Shown here in pieces: positions 11,401 through 31,560 of a stretch of 64,000 bases of DNA (its first letter is position 1; each line of letters opens with the position of its first letter). Origin of the DNA: the human T2T-CHM13v2.0 reference genome, Homo sapiens; the NCBI GenBank assembly GCA_009914755.4, contig CP068257.2:8448001-8512000 (forward strand), in the 5' to 3' direction. The translations under genes and the position numbers were made by a program. Under the pieces are notes generated by a model, which was not told the origin of the DNA, made no database searches, and saw only the letters and a list, made by a program, of their open reading frames with translations.

Positions 11401-14059
11401 CTTACCTTTTCTGACATAGGCCGTAAAGTGCTCCAAATGTCCACTTGCAGAATCTACTAAAAGATTGTTTCCAAAATGCTGAATCAAAAGAAAGTTTCAA
11501 CTCGGTGAGATGTACCTACACATAACAGTGAAGTTTCTCAGAATTCTTCTGTCTAGTTTTTATGTGAAAATATTTCGTTTTCCACCATAGTCCTCAAAGC
11601 GCTTCAAATGTCCACTTGCATATTCTACAGAAAGAGAGCCTGAAAACTCCTCAATGGAAAGAAATATTTAACACTGTGAGGTGAATGTACACATCACAAA
11701 TTAGTTTCTCAGATCACTTCTGTCTAGATTTTATGTGAAGGTATTTACTTTTCTAACCCAGGCCAAAAGGTGAACCAAATGTCCACTTGCAGATTCTACA
11801 GAAAGAGTGTTTCCAAACTTCTCTATCAAAAGAAAGGTTCAACTCTGTGAGATAAACGCACACATCACAAAGAAGTTTCTAAGAATTCTTCTCTCTAGTA
11901 TTTATGTGAAGATATTTCCTTTTCTACAATAGACCTCAAAGTGCTCCAAATGTCCACTTGCAGGTCCTACAGAAAGAGAATTTCAAAACTGCTCAATCAA
12001 AAGAAAGGTTTAACTCTGTGAGATGAATACACACATCACAAAGAAGTTTCCCAGATTGCTTTTATCTAGATTTTATGTGAAGATATTTCCTTTTCTGCCA
12101 TAGGCCAAAAAGCACTCCAAATATGCACTTGAAGATTCTACAAAAACATTGTTTCCATTCTGCTCAATCAAAAGAAAGATTCAACTCCATGAGATAAATG
12201 CACACATCACAAAGAGGTTTCTCAGAATTCTTCTCTCTAGTTTTTATATGAAGATATTTCCTTTTCCACCACAGGCCTCCAAGTACTCCAAATGTCCACT
12301 TGCAGATTCTACAAAAAGAGAGTTTCAAAACTGCTCAATCAAAAGAAAGGTTTAACTCTGTGGGATGAATGCACACATCTCAAAGAAGTTTCTCACATTG
12401 CTACTGTCTAGGTTTTACGTGAAGATTTTTCCTTTTCTACCATAGGCCACAAAGCACTCCAAACTTCCAGTTGCAGATTCTACAAAAAGAGTGTTTCCAA
12501 ATTGCTCAATTGAAGGAAAGGTTCAACTTTGTGAGATGAACGCACACATCACAAAGGAGTTTCTCAGAATTCTTCTTCCCATTTTTTATTTTAAGATATT
12601 TCCTTTTCCACCATGGCCTCAAAGCACTCCAAATGTCCACTTGCGAATTCTACAAAAATAGTGTCTGCATACTGCTCAATAAAAAGGAAGTTTCAACTCC
12701 GTGAGAGGAATGCACACAACACAAAGCGGTTTCTCAGAATTCTTCTGTCTTGTTTTTATGTTAAGATATTTCCTTTTCCACCATACACCTCAAAGTACTC
12801 CAAATGTCTGCTTGTGGCTTCTTCAAAAAGAGAGTTTCCAAACTTCTCAATAAAAAAAAAGGTTTAACTCTGTGAATTGAATGCACACATCTCAAAGAAG
12901 TTTCTCATATTGTTTCTGCCTAGATTTTATGTGAAGATTTTTTTTTTTACTACCATAGGCTGCAAAGCACTCCACATATCCAATTGCAGATTCTACAAAA
13001 AGAGTGTTTCCGAACTGCTCAGTCAAAGGAAAGTTCTACTCTGTCAGATGAATGCACACATCACAAAGAATTTTCTCACAATTCTTCTGCCTAGTTTTTA
13101 TGTTAAGATATTTCCTTTTCCACCATGGTCCTCAAATCGTTCCAAATGTCTACTTGCAGACTCTACAAAAAGAGAGCTTTGAATCTCCTCAATCAAAGGA
13201 AAGTTTTAACTCTCTGAGGTTAACGCACACATCACAAAGGAGTTTCTCAGATTGCTTCTGTCTAGATGTTATGTGAAGATCTTATCTTTTCTGACATAGG
13301 CCGCAAAGCGCTCTAAATGTCCACTTGCAGAATCTGCTAAAAGAATGTTTCAAAAATGCTGAATCAAAAGAAAGGTTCAACTCGGTGAGATGTACCTACA
13401 ATTAACAGGGAAGTTTCTCAGAATTCTTTTATATAGTATTTATGTGAAGATATTTCCTTTTCCACAATAGTCCTCAAAGCACTTCAAATGTCCACTTGCA
13501 TATTCTACAGAAAGAGAGCCTGAAAACTCCTCAATGAAAAGAAATATTTAACACTGTGACATAAGTGCACACATCACAAAGTAGTTTCTCAGATTGCTTC
13601 TGTCTAGATTTTATGTGAAGGTATTTCCTTTTCTAACATAGGCCACAAGGTGCTCCAAATGTCCACTTGCAGATTCTACAAAAAGAGTGTTTCCAAACTG
13701 CTCTATCAAAAGTAAGGTTCAACTCTGTGACATGAACGCACACATCACAAGGAAGTTTCTCAGAATTCTTCTGTCTAGTATTTATGTGACGATATTTCCT
13801 TTTCCACCGTAGACCTCAAAGCGCTCCGAATATCCACTTGCAGATTCTACAGAAAGAGAATTTCAAAACTGCTCAATCAAAAGAAAGGTTTAACTCTGTG
13901 TGATGAATGCACACATCTCAAAGAAGTTTCTCAGAATGCTTCTGTATAGATTTTATGTGAAGATATTTCCTTTTCTATATAGGCCGCAAAGCGCTCCAAA
14001 CGTCCACTTGCAGAATCTAGAAAAAGAGTGTTTCCAAACTGCTGAATCGAAAGAAAGTT
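8451..14059 (-). repeat. Alpha satellite, reverse-complement orientation, dimeric A/B 'D-type'. It contains an ~11-monomer (~1.88 kb) higher-order periodicity over ~9400-14060.
   Basis: Monomers alternate ...TTTCTCAGATTGCTTCTGTCTAGATTTTATGTGAAG...TTTTCTACCATAGGC.GCAAAGCGCTCC... with ...TTTCTCAGAATTCTTCTGTCTAGTTTTTATGTGAAG...TTTTCCACCATAGGCCTCAAAG... 11100-12100 and 12990-14060 are ~93-95% identical (e.g. CCACCATGGTCCTCAAA.CG.TCCAAATGT..ACTTGCAGACTCTACAAAAAGAGAGCTTTGAATCTCCTCAATCAAAGGAAAGTTTTAACTCT.TGAGGTTAA.GCACAC at ~11235 and ~13115). A more diverged third copy is at ~9440. Confidence 0.9.
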
Positions 14060-16360
<2,301 letters not shown>

Positions 16361-19300
16361 GGAAAGGTTCAATTCTGTGAGATGAATGCACACATCACAA
16401 AGAAGTTACTCAGATTGCTTCTGTTTAGATTTTATGTGAAGATATTTCCTTTTCTACCATAGGCCCCAAAGCGCTCCAAATGTGCACTTGCAGATTCTAC
16501 AAAAAGAGTGTTTCCAAGCTGCTCAATCAAAAGAAAGCTTCAACTTTGTGAGATGAACGCCCACATCACAAAGAAGTTTCTAAGAATTCTTCCGTCTAGT
16601 TTTTATGTGGAGATATTTCCTTTCCCACTATAGGCTTCAAATCGCTCCAAATGTCCAATTGCAGATTCTACAAACAGAGTTTCAAAACACCTCAATCAAA
16701 AGAAATGTTTAACTCTCTGAGATGAATGCACACATCATAAAAAGTTTCTCAGATTGCCTCTGTCTAGATTTTATGTGAAGATATTTCCTTTTCTGCCATA
16801 GGCCGCAAATCGCTCCAAGTGTCTACATGCAGTTTCCAAACTGTTCAATCAAAAGAAAAGTTCAACTCTGTGAGATGAAAGCACATATCACAAAGAAGTT
16901 TCCCAGATTGCTTCTGTCTGGATTGTATGTGAAGGTATTTCCTTTTCTACCATAGGCCACAAAGTGTTCCAAATGTCCAACTGCAGATACTACAAAAAGA
17001 GTGTTTCCAATCTGCTCATTCAAAAGAAAGGTTTAACTCTGTGAGATAAATGCACACATCACAAAGAAGTTTCTGAGATTGTTTCTGTCTAGATTTTATG
17101 TGAAGATATTTCCTTTTCTACCATAAGCCACAAAGCGCTCCAAATGTCCACTTGCAGATTCTGCAAAAAGATGGTTTCCAAACTGCTCCATCTAAAGAAA
17201 GCTTCAAATCTGTGAGATAAATGCACCCATCACAAAGAAGTTTCTCAGAGTTCTTCTGTTTAGTTTTTATGTGAAGATATTTCATTTTCCACCATAGTCC
17301 TCAAGGCACTAGAAATGTCCAGTTGCAGATTCTACAAAAAGAGTACCTCAAAACTAGTTCATCAAAAGAAAGTTTCAACTCTGGGAGATGAAGGCACACA
17401 TTACAAAGACGTTTCTCAGAATGTTTCTATGTAGTTTTTATGTGAAGATATTTCCTTTTTCAACATAGGCCTCAAAGCACTCCAAATACCCACTTGCAGA
17501 TTCTACAAAAAGAGGGTTTCAAAACTGCTCAATCAACACAAAGTTTTAACACTGTGAGATGAAAGCACACACCACAAAGTTTTTCAGATTGCTTGTGTCT
17601 AGATTTTATGGGAAGATATTTCCTTTTCTACCATAGCCTGCTAAGCGCTCCAAATATCCACTTCCAGATTCTACAAAGAGTGTTTCCAAACTGCATAATC
17701 AAAAGAAAGGTTCAGCTCTGTGATATAAACGTACACATCACAAAGCAGTTTCTCACCATTCTTCTGTCTAGTTTTTATGTGAAGATACTTCCTACTCCAA
17801 CATAGGCCTCAAAGCGCTCCAAGTGTCCACTTGCAGATCCTACAGAAAGAGAGTTTCAAAACGGCTCAATCAAAAGAAAGGTTTAATTCTGTGAGGTGAA
17901 TGCACACATCAAAAAGAAGTTTCTCAAATTGCTTTGGTCTAGATTTTATGTGAAGATATTTCCTTTTTTAACATAGGCCAAAAAGTGCTTCAAATGTCCA
18001 CTTGCAGATTCTACAAAAAGAGAGTTTCAAAACTGCTCCATCAAAAGAAAGACTCAACTATGTGAGATGAATGCCCACATCACAAAGAAGTTTCTCAGAT
18101 TGATTCCGTGTAGATTTTATGTTAAGATATTTCATTCTTTTTACCATAGGCCACAAATCGCTCAAAATGTTCACTTGCAGATTCTAAAAAAAGAGTGCTT
18201 CGAAACTGCTCTATCAAAAGAAAAGTTCACCTCTGTGAGATGAACGCACACATTACAAAGAAGTTTCTCAGAATTCTTCTGTCTAGTTTTTATGTGAAGC
18301 TATTTCCTTTTCCAACTTAGGCCTCAAAGCGCTCCCAGTGTCCAACTGCAGATTCAACAAAAAGAGAGTTTCAAAACTGCTCAATCAAAAGAAAGGTTTC
18401 ACTTAGTGAGATGAATGCACACATCACAGAGAAGTTTCTAAGATTGCTTCTGTCAAGATTTTATATGAAGATATTTCACTTTCCACCATAGGCCTCAAGG
18501 TGCTCGAAATGCCCCCTGGCACATTCCACAAAAGGAGTATTTCAAACCTGGTCCATCAAAAGAAAGTTTCAACTCTTTGAGATGAATGCACACATCACAA
18601 ACAAGTTCCTCAGAATGCTTCTGTCTAGTTTTTATGTGAACATATTTCCTTTTCCACTGTAGGCCTCAAAGCACTCCCAATGTCAGTTTGCAGATTCTAC
18701 AAAAATAGAGTTTCAAAACTACTCCATCGAAAGTAAGTTTTCACTCTGTGAGATTAATGCACACATCACAAAGATGTTTCTCAGATTGCTTCTGTCTGGA
18801 TTTACTGTGAAGAGATTTCCTTTTCTACCATAAGCCTCAAAGCGCACCATATGTCCACTGGCAGATTCTACAAAAAGAGTGTTTCCAAACTGCTCAATCA
18901 AAAGAAAGGTTCACCTCTGTGATATGAACACACAAATCACAAAGAAGTTTCTCAGAATTCTTCTGTCTCGTTTTTATGTGAAAGTATTTCTTTTCCCTCT
19001 AGAGGCCTCAAGGTGCAAGAAATGTCCTCTTGCAGATTCTACAAAAAGAGTATTTCAAAACTGGTCCATTAAAAGAGAGGTTCAACTCTGGGAGATGAAT
19101 GCACACATCATGAAGAAGTTATTCAGAATGCTTATGTCTAGTTTATTTTTGAAGATATTTCCTTTTCCACCATCGGCCTCAAAGCCCTCCAAATGTCCAC
19201 TTGCAGATTACACAAAAAGAGAGTTTCAAAACTGCTGAATCAAAAGAAAGGTTTTACTCTGGAATATGAATGCATGCATCACAAAGATTTTCAGATAGCT

Positions 19301-22300
19301 TCTGTCTAGATTTTATGTGTAGATATTTCCTTTTCTACCATAGGCTGCAAAAAGCTCCAAATGTCTACTTGCAGATTCTACAAAATAAAGTGTTTCCAAA
19401 CTCCTCAATCAAAAGAAAGGCTCAACTCTTTGAGATAAACACACGCATCAAAAAGAAGTTTCTCAGAATTATTCTGTCTAGTTTTTATGTGAGAATATTT
19501 CTTTTTCCATCATAGGACTCAAAGTGCTCCAAATGTCCACGTGCAGGTTCTACAAAAAAAGAGTTTCCAAACTGCTCAATCAAAAGAAAGGTTTAACTCT
19601 GTCAGATGAATGCTTACATCACAAAGAAGTTTCTCAGATTGCTCCTGTCTGGATTTTAAATGAAGATATATCCTTTTCTACCATAGGCCCCAAGGCGTTC
19701 CAAATGTCCACTTGCAGATTCTACAAAAAGAGTATTTCAAAACTGATACATCAAAAGGAAGGTTCGGCTCTTGGAGATGAATGCACACATCACAAAGAAG
19801 TTTCTCAGACTGCTTCTGTCTAGACATAAGATGAAGATATTTCCCTTTCTACTATAGGCTGCCAAGCACTCCAAATGTACACTGGCAGATTCTACAAAAA
19901 GTGTGTTTCCAAACTGCTCAATCAAAAGAAATGTTCAACTCTGTGAGATGAACGCACATATCACAAAGAAGATTTTCAGAGTCCTTCTGTCTAGTTTTTA
20001 TCTGAAGATATTTCCTTTTCCACCTTAGTCCTCAAAGCCCTCAAAATGTCCACTTGCAGATTCTACAAAAAGAGAGTTTCCAAACTGCTCAATCAAAAGA
20101 AAGGTTCAACTCTGTCAGATGAATGCACACATCACAAAGAAGTTTATCTGGTTGTTTCGGCAGAGATTTATATGAAGATACTTCCTTTTCTACCATAGGC
20201 CACAAAGGGCTCCAAATGTCCACTTACAGATTCTAAAGAAGGAGAGTCTCCAAACTGCTCAATTAAAAGAAGGTTCATCTGTGTGAGATGAACGCCCACA
20301 ACAAAAGAACTTTCACAGAATTCTTCTCTCTAGTTTTCATGTGAAGATATTTCCTTTTTCACCATAGGCCTCAAAGCCCTCCTAATGTCCAGCTGAAGAT
20401 ACTAGAAAATGAGTGTTTCCAAAATGCTCCATCAAAAGAAACTTTGAACTCTGTGAGATGAACGCACACATCACAAAGTAGTTTTTCAGAATTCTTCTGT
20501 CTAGTTTTTTTGTGAAGATATTTTCTTTTCCACCATAGGTATCAAATCGCTCTAAATATCCACTTGCAGATTCTGCAAAAAGAGATGTTCAAAACTGCTC
20601 AATATAAAGAAAATTTTAACTCTGTGACATGAATGCACACATCAGAAAGAAGTTTCTCAGATTGCTTCTTTCTAGATTTTATGTGAAGATATTTCCTTTT
20701 CTACCACAGGCCGCAAAGTGCTCCAAATGTCCATTTGCAGATCTTACAAATGATTGTTTCCAAACTGCTCAATCAAAAGAAAGATTCAACTCTGTGAGAT
20801 GAATGCACAAATCACAAAGTAGTTTCTCAGAATTCTTCTGTCTAAATTTAATATAAAGATTTTCTTTTCCACCAAAGGCCTCAAAGCCCACCAAATGTTC
20901 ACTTGCAGATTCTACAAAAAGAGAATTTCAAAACTGCTCAATCCAAAGAAAGGTTTAACTCTGTGAGATGAATGCACTCATCACAAAGAAGTTTCTCAGA
21001 TTGCTTCTGTCTAGATTTTATGTGAAGATATTTCTTTTCTACCTTAGGCCGCAAAGGGTTCCAAATGTCCACTTGTAGATTTTACAAAAAGAGTGTTTCC
21101 AAACTAATCAATCTAAACAAAGGTTCAAATCTGTGAGATGAACACATGCATCACAAAGAAGTTTCTCAGAATTCTTCTTTCTAGTTTTTATGTGAAGATA
21201 TTTCCTTTTCCACCGTAGGCCTCATATCTGTTCAAAAGTCCACTTGCATATTATATAAAAAGAGAGCGCAAAACTGCTGAATCAAAAGAAAGGTTTAACT
21301 CTGTGAGATGAATGCATATGTCACAAAGAAGTTTCTCAGATTGCTTCTGTGTAGATTTTAATTGAAGATTATTCCGTTTCTACCATTGACTGCAAAGCGT
21401 ACAAATTTTCCACTTGCAGATTCTCCAAAAGAGTGTTTCCAAACTTCTCAATCAAAAGAAAAGTTCAACTCTGTGGGATGAATGTACACATCACAGTTGA
21501 AGTTTCCTGGAATTATTCTGTCTAGTTATTATGTGAAGATATTTCATTTTCCACCATAGGCCCCAAGGCGCTCCAAATGTCCACTTGCAGATCCAACAAA
21601 AAGATTATTTCAATATTGGTCCATAAAAAGAAATGTTGAATTCTGGGAAATGAATGCACACATCACAAAGAAGTTTCTCAGAATGTTTCTAAATAGTTTT
21701 TTTCTGAAGATATTTCTTTTCCTCCATAGGCCTCAAAACTCTCCAAATATACTCTTGCAGATTCTGCAAAAAGAGTGTTTCCAAACTGCTCAATAAAAGA
21801 AAGGTTCAACTCTGTGAGATGAACGTACACATCAAAAAGAAGTTTCTCAGAAACCTTCTGTTTAGTTTTTAGGTGAAGATATTTCCATTTTTCGTCATAG
21901 ACCTCAAAGCGCCTTAAACGTCCACTAGCAGATTCTAAAAAAAAAACTGCTCAATTAAAAGAAAGGTTTAACTCTGTGACATGAATACATACATCAGAGT
22001 GTAGTTTCTCAGATTGCTTCTGTCTAGATTTTATGTGAAGATATATCCTTTCCTATCATAGGTCTCAAAGCACTCCAAATGTCCACTTGCAGATTCTACA
22101 AAAGAGAGTTTCAAAACTGCTCATTCAAAGAAAATTTTAACTCTATGAGATGAATGCAAACATCACAAAGAAATTTCTCAGATGGCTTCTGTCTAGATTT
22201 TATGTGAAGATATTTCTTTTTCTATCATAGGCCGTGAAGCACTCCAAATGTCCACTTGCAGATTCTACAAAAAGAGTTTCAAAACTGCTTAATCAAAAGA

Positions 22301-23140
22301 AAGGTTTAACTCTGTGAGATGAATGCACACATCAGAAAGAATTTTCTCAGATTGCTTCTGTCTAGATTTTATGTGAAGATATTTCCTTTTCCAGCATAGA
22401 CCTCAAAGCGCACAAAATGTCCGCTTGCAGATCCTTCAAAAAGAGGATTTCAAAACTGATCCTTCATAAGAAAGATTAAACTTTGAGATATGAATGTACA
22501 CATCACAAAGAGGTTTCTCAGAATGCTTCTGTCCAGTTTTTATGTGAAGATATTTTCTTTTCCACCATAGGCCTCAAGACACTCGAAATGTCCACTTGCA
22601 GATTCTACAAAAAGAGTATTTCAAAACTGGTCCTTCAAAAAAAAATGCTCAAGTCAGGGACATGAATGTATATATCACAAAGAAGTTTCTCAGAAAGCTT
22701 CTATCTGGTTTTTATGTGAAGATATTTCCTTTTACACCATAGGCTTCAAAGCACTCCAAACGTCCACTTGCAGATTCTACAAAAAGAGTTTCAAAACTGC
22801 TCCATCAAAAGAAAGTTTCAACTCTGTGAGATGAATGTACAAATCACAAAGAAGTTTCTCAGAATTCTTCTCTCTAGTTTTTATGTGAAGGTATTTCCTT
22901 TTCCACCGTAGGCCTCAAAGCGCTCCAAATATCCACTTGCAGGAGCTACAAAAAGAGAGTTTCAAAACTGCTCCATCAAAAGAAATGTTTAACTCTATGA
23001 CATGAACGCACACATCACAAAGAGGTTTCTCAGGTTGCTTCTGTCTAGATTTTATGTGAAGATATTTCCTTTGCTACCATAGGTTGCAATGCACTCCAAA
23101 TGTCCACTTGCAGATTCTACAAAAAGAATGTTTCAAAACT
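16361..23140 (-). repeat. Alpha satellite, reverse orientation, dimeric A/B D-type.
   Basis: Resumes GGAAAGGTTCAATTCTGTGAGATGAATGCACACATCACAAAGAAGTT.CTCAGATTGCTTCTGTTTAGATTTTATGTGAAG... directly after the L1 poly-A. Monomers alternate the CAGATTGCTTCTG and CAGAATTCTTCTG types throughout. Confidence 0.9.
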
Positions 23141-23267
23141 GGAACAGACCTGCAGCTGAGGGACCTGTCTGTTAGAAGGAGAACTAACAAACAGAAAGGA
23201 CATCCACAACAAAAACCCATCTGTACATCGCCATCATCAAACACCAAAAGTAGATAAAAGCACAAAG

Positions 23268-24286
23268 ATGGGGAAAAAACAGAACAGAAAAACTGGAAAC
23301 TCTAAAAAGCAGAGTGCCTCTCCTCCTCAAAAGAAACACAGTTCCTCACCAGCAACGGAACAAAGCTGGATGGAGAATGACTTTGACGAGCTGAGAGAAG
23401 AAACCTTCAGATAATCAAATTACTCTGAGCTATGGGAGGACATTCAAACCAAAGGCAAAGAGGTTGAAAACTTTGAAAAAAATTTAGAAGAATGTATAAT
23501 TAGAATAACCAATACAGAGAAGTGCTTAAAGGAGCTGATGGAGCTGAAAACCAAGGCTCGAGAACTACGTGAAGAATGCAGAAGCCTCAGGAGCCGATGC
23601 CATCAACTGGAAGAAAGGGTATCAGCGATGGAAGATGAAATGAATGAAATGAAGCGAGAAAGGAAGTTTAGAGAAAAAAGCATAAAAAGAAATGAACAAA
23701 GCCTCCAAGAAACATGGGACTATGTGAAAAGACCAAATCTACGTCTGATTGGTGTACCTGAATGTGATGGGGAGAATGGAACCAAGTTGGAAAACACTTT
23801 GCAGGATATTATCCAGGAGAACTTCCCCAATCTAGCAAGGCAGGCCAACGTTCAGATTCAGGAAATACAGAGAACACCACAGAGATACTCCTCGAGAAGA
23901 GCAACTTCAAGAACATAATTGTCAGATTCACCAAAGTTGAAATGAAGGAAAAAATGTTAAGGGCAGCCAGAGAGAAAGGTCGGGTTACCCTCAAAGGGAA
24001 GCCCATCAGACTAACAGCGGATCTCTCAGCAGAAAGCCTACAAGCCGGAAGAGAGTGGGGGCCAATATTCAACATTCTTAAAGAAAAGAATTTTCAACCC
24101 AGAATTTCATATCCAGCCAAACTAAGCTTCATAAGTGAAGGAGAAATAAAATACTTTACAGACAATCAAATGCTGAGAGATTTTGTCACCACCAGGCCTG
24201 CCCTAAAAGAGCTCCTGAAGAAAGTGCTAAACATGGAAAGGAACAACTGGTATCAGCCACTGCAAAATCATGCCAAAATGTAAAGA
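23268..24286 (+). pseudogene. L1 ORF1 remnant, carrying a premature TAA at 23412-23414 and a 1-bp deletion/frameshift near 23905-23918.
   Basis: MGKKQNRKTGNSKKQSASPPQKKHSSSPATEQSWMENDFDELREETFR*. L1HS has AGACGATCA (R R S) where this copy has AGATAATCA. The downstream coiled-coil/RRM region is still recognisable (MELKTKARELREECRSLRSRC...QIQEIQRTPQRYSSRRAT), but continues in a different frame (23942..24283). Confidence 0.85.
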
Positions 24287-24346
24287 CCATCGAGACTAGG
24301 AAGAAACTGCATCAACTAATGAGCAAAATAACCAGCTAACATCATA

Positions 24347-28173
<3,827 letters not shown>

Positions 28174-28398
28174 ATGAGATCACATGGACACAGGAAGGGG
28201 AATATCACACTCTGGGGACTGTTGTGGGGTGGGGGAGGGGGGAGGGATAGCATTGGGAGATATACCTAATGCTAGATGACGAGTTGGTGGGTGCAGCGCA
28301 CCACCATGGCACATGTATACATATGTAACTAACCTGCACAATGTGCACATGTACCCTAAAACTTAAAGTATAATAATAAATAAATAAATTAAAAAAAA

Positions 28399-31300
28399 CT
28401 GCTCAATCAAAAGAAAGCTTCAACTCTGTGAGATGAAGGCACACCTCACAAAAAAGTTTCTCAGAACTCTTCTGTCTTGTTTTTTGTGAAGATATTTCCT
28501 TTTCCACCCTAGGCCTCAAAGCCCTCCCAATTTCCTCTTGCAGATTCAACAAAAAGAGTTTCAGAACTGCTCAATCAAAAGAAAGGTTTCACTCTCTGAG
28601 ATGAATGCGCACATCACAAAGAAGTTTCTCAGTTTGCTTCTGTCTAGATTTTATGCGAAGATATTTCCTTTTCTAACATAGGCTGCAAAGTGCTCCAAAT
28701 GTCCACTTTCAGATTCTAAAAATATAGTGTTTCCAAACTACTCAATCAAAAGAAAATTTCAACTCTGTGATTTGAACGCACAGATCACAAAGACGTTTCT
28801 CAGAATTCTTCTGTCTAGCTTTTATGTGAAGATATTTCCTTTTCCACCGTGGGACTCAAAACACTCCAAAAGTCCACTTACAGATCCTACAAAAAGAGAG
28901 TTTCAAAACTGCTCAATCAAAAGAAAGTTTTACCTCTGTGAGATGAATGCACACATCCCAAAGAAGTTTCTCATTTTGCTTCTGTCTAGATTTTATGTGA
29001 AGATATTTTGTTTTCTACCATAGGCCTCAAAGATCCCAAAATGTCCACTTGTAGATTCTACAAAAAGAGTATTTCAAAACTGCTAAATTGAAAATTCTCC
29101 AACTCTGTGAGATGCATGGACACATTACAAAGAAGTTTCTCAGAATGCTTCTGTCTAGTTTTTATGTGAAGACATTTCCTTTTCCAAAACAGGCCTCAAA
29201 GCACTCCAAATATCCACTTGCAGATTCTAAAAAAGAATGTTTCAAAACTGCTCCATCATAAGAAAATTTCAACTCTGTCACGCGAATGCACACATGTCAA
29301 AAGAGTTGCTCAGAATGCTTCTGTCTAATTTTTATGTGAAGATATTTCCTTTTCCACTATAGGCAGTATAGCACTCCAAATATCCACTTGCAGATTCCAC
29401 AAATAGAGTGTTTCCAAACTGCTGAATCAAAAGAAAGTTTCGAGTCTGTGAGATGAGTGCACACATCATAAAGAAGTTTCTCAGCATGCTTCTGTCTAGT
29501 TTTATGTGAAGATATTTCCTTTTCCACCGTAGGCCTCAAAGCGCTCCAAATAACGAATTGCAGATTCTACAAATGAGTTTTTCAAAACTGCTCAATCAAA
29601 AGAAAGTTCAACTCTCTAAGATGAATGCACACATCACAAAGAATTTTCTCAGAATGATTCTGTCTAGTTTTTATGTGAAGATAGTTCCTTTTCCACCATA
29701 GGCCCCAAAGCGCTCCAAATGTACGCTTTCAGATACTACAAAAAGAGTGTTTCAAAACTGCTCAATCAAAAGAAAGTTTCAGCTTTGTGAGATGAATGCA
29801 CACATCACAAAGTAGTTTCTCAGAATATTTCTGTAGGATTTTATGTTAAGATATTTAGTTTTCCACCATAGACCTCCTAGCACTCCAAATGTCCACTTGC
29901 AGGGTCTACAAAAAGAGTGTTTCAAAGCTACTCAATCAAAAGAAAGTTTCAACTCTGTGAGATGAGTGCACACATCACAAAGTAGTTTCTGAGAATGCTT
30001 CTATTTATTATGTGAAGATGTTTCATTTTCCAACTTAGGTCTCAAAGCACTCCAGATGTCCACCTGCAGATTCTACAAAAAAAGTGTTTCAAAACTGCTC
30101 AATCGAAAGTAAGATTCAGCTCTGTGAGATGAAGTTTGTCAGAAATCTTTTGACTAGTTTTTATGTGAAGATATTTCCTTTTCCACCATAGTTCGCAAAG
30201 CGCTCCAAATGTCCTATTGCAGATTCTACAACAAGAGTGTTTCAAAACAGCTCAATCAAAAGTAAGGTTAAATTCTGTGAGATGAATGCACACATCACAA
30301 AGAAGGTTCTCAGAAAGCTTCTGTCTAGCACCTAAGTGAAGATATTTTCTTTTCCACCGCAGGCCTCAAAGCACTCCAAATGTCCTTTTGCAAATTCTAC
30401 AAAATGTGTTTCAAAACTGATCAACCAAAAGAAAATTCCAACCCTGTCAGATGAATGCACACATCACAAAGAAGTTTGTCAGAATGATTCTGTCTAGTTT
30501 TTATGTGAAAATATTTCCTTTTCCACCATAGCCTGCAAAGCGCTCCAAATGTCCACTTGCAGATACTTCCAAAAGGGTTTTTCAGACCTGCTCAATCGAA
30601 AGTAAGGTTCAACTCTGGGAGCTGCATGCTCACATCCAAAAGAAGTTTGTCAGAATGATTCTTTCTAGTTTCGATGTGAAGATGTTGCCTTTTCCACACT
30701 AGGCCTCGCAGTGCTCAAAATGTCCACTTGCAGATTCTACAAAAAGAGTGTTTCCAAACTGCTCAATCAAAAGAAAATTTCCAGTCTGTGAGGTGAATTC
30801 ACACATCACAAAGAAGTTTCTCAGAATGCTTCTGTCTAGTTTTTATGTGAAGATATTTCCTTTTCCACCATAGGCCTGAAAACTCCAAATATCCACTTGC
30901 AGATTGTACAAAAAGAGTGTTTCCAAACTGCTCAATCAAAAGAAAGGTTCAAATCTGCGAGATGAATGCACACATCACAAAGAAGTTTGTCAGAATGTTT
31001 CTGTATAGTTTTTATATGAAGATACTTCCTTTTCCACCATAGGCTTCAAAGGGCTCCAAATTCCCACATGCAGATTGTACAAAGTGTTTCAAAGCTGTTC
31101 AATCAAATGAAAGGTTCAAACCTGTGAGATGAATGCGCACATCACAAAGAAATTTGTCAGAATGCTTCTGTCTAGTTTTTCTCAAGATATTTCCTTTTCC
31201 ATCATAGGCCTCAATGCACGCCAAATGTCCACTTGCAGATATTACAAAAAGGGTGTTTCAAAACTGCTGAATCAAAAGAAAATTTCAACTCTTTGAGATG

Positions 31301-31560
31301 AATGCACATATCACAAAGAAGTTTGTCAGAATGCTTCCGTCTAGTTTTTATGTGAAGATTTTTTTTAAATATGCCTCAAATCGCTCCAAATGTCCACTTG
31401 CAGATTCTACAAAAAGAGTGTTTCCAAACTGCTCAATAAAAAGAAAGGTTCAACTCTGTGAGAAGACCGCACACATCACAAAGAAGTTTCTCAGAATTCT
31501 TCTGTCTAGGTTTCATGTGAAGATATTTCCTTTTCCACCATAGGCCTCAAAGTGCTCCAA
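28399..31560 (-). repeat. Alpha satellite, reverse orientation. It is dimeric to ~29100, then a more homogeneous monomeric 'C-type' (...AAGTTTGTCAGAATGCTTCTGTCTAGTTTTTATGTGAAG...) abutting the HSat array.
   Basis: From ~29135 nearly every monomer carries CAGAATGCTTCTGTCTAGTTTTTATGTGAAG and CAAAACTGCTCAATCAAAAGAAAGTTTCAACTCTGTGAGATGAATGCACACATCACAAAGAAGTTTGTCAG, with lower inter-monomer divergence than upstream. Confidence 0.85.
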
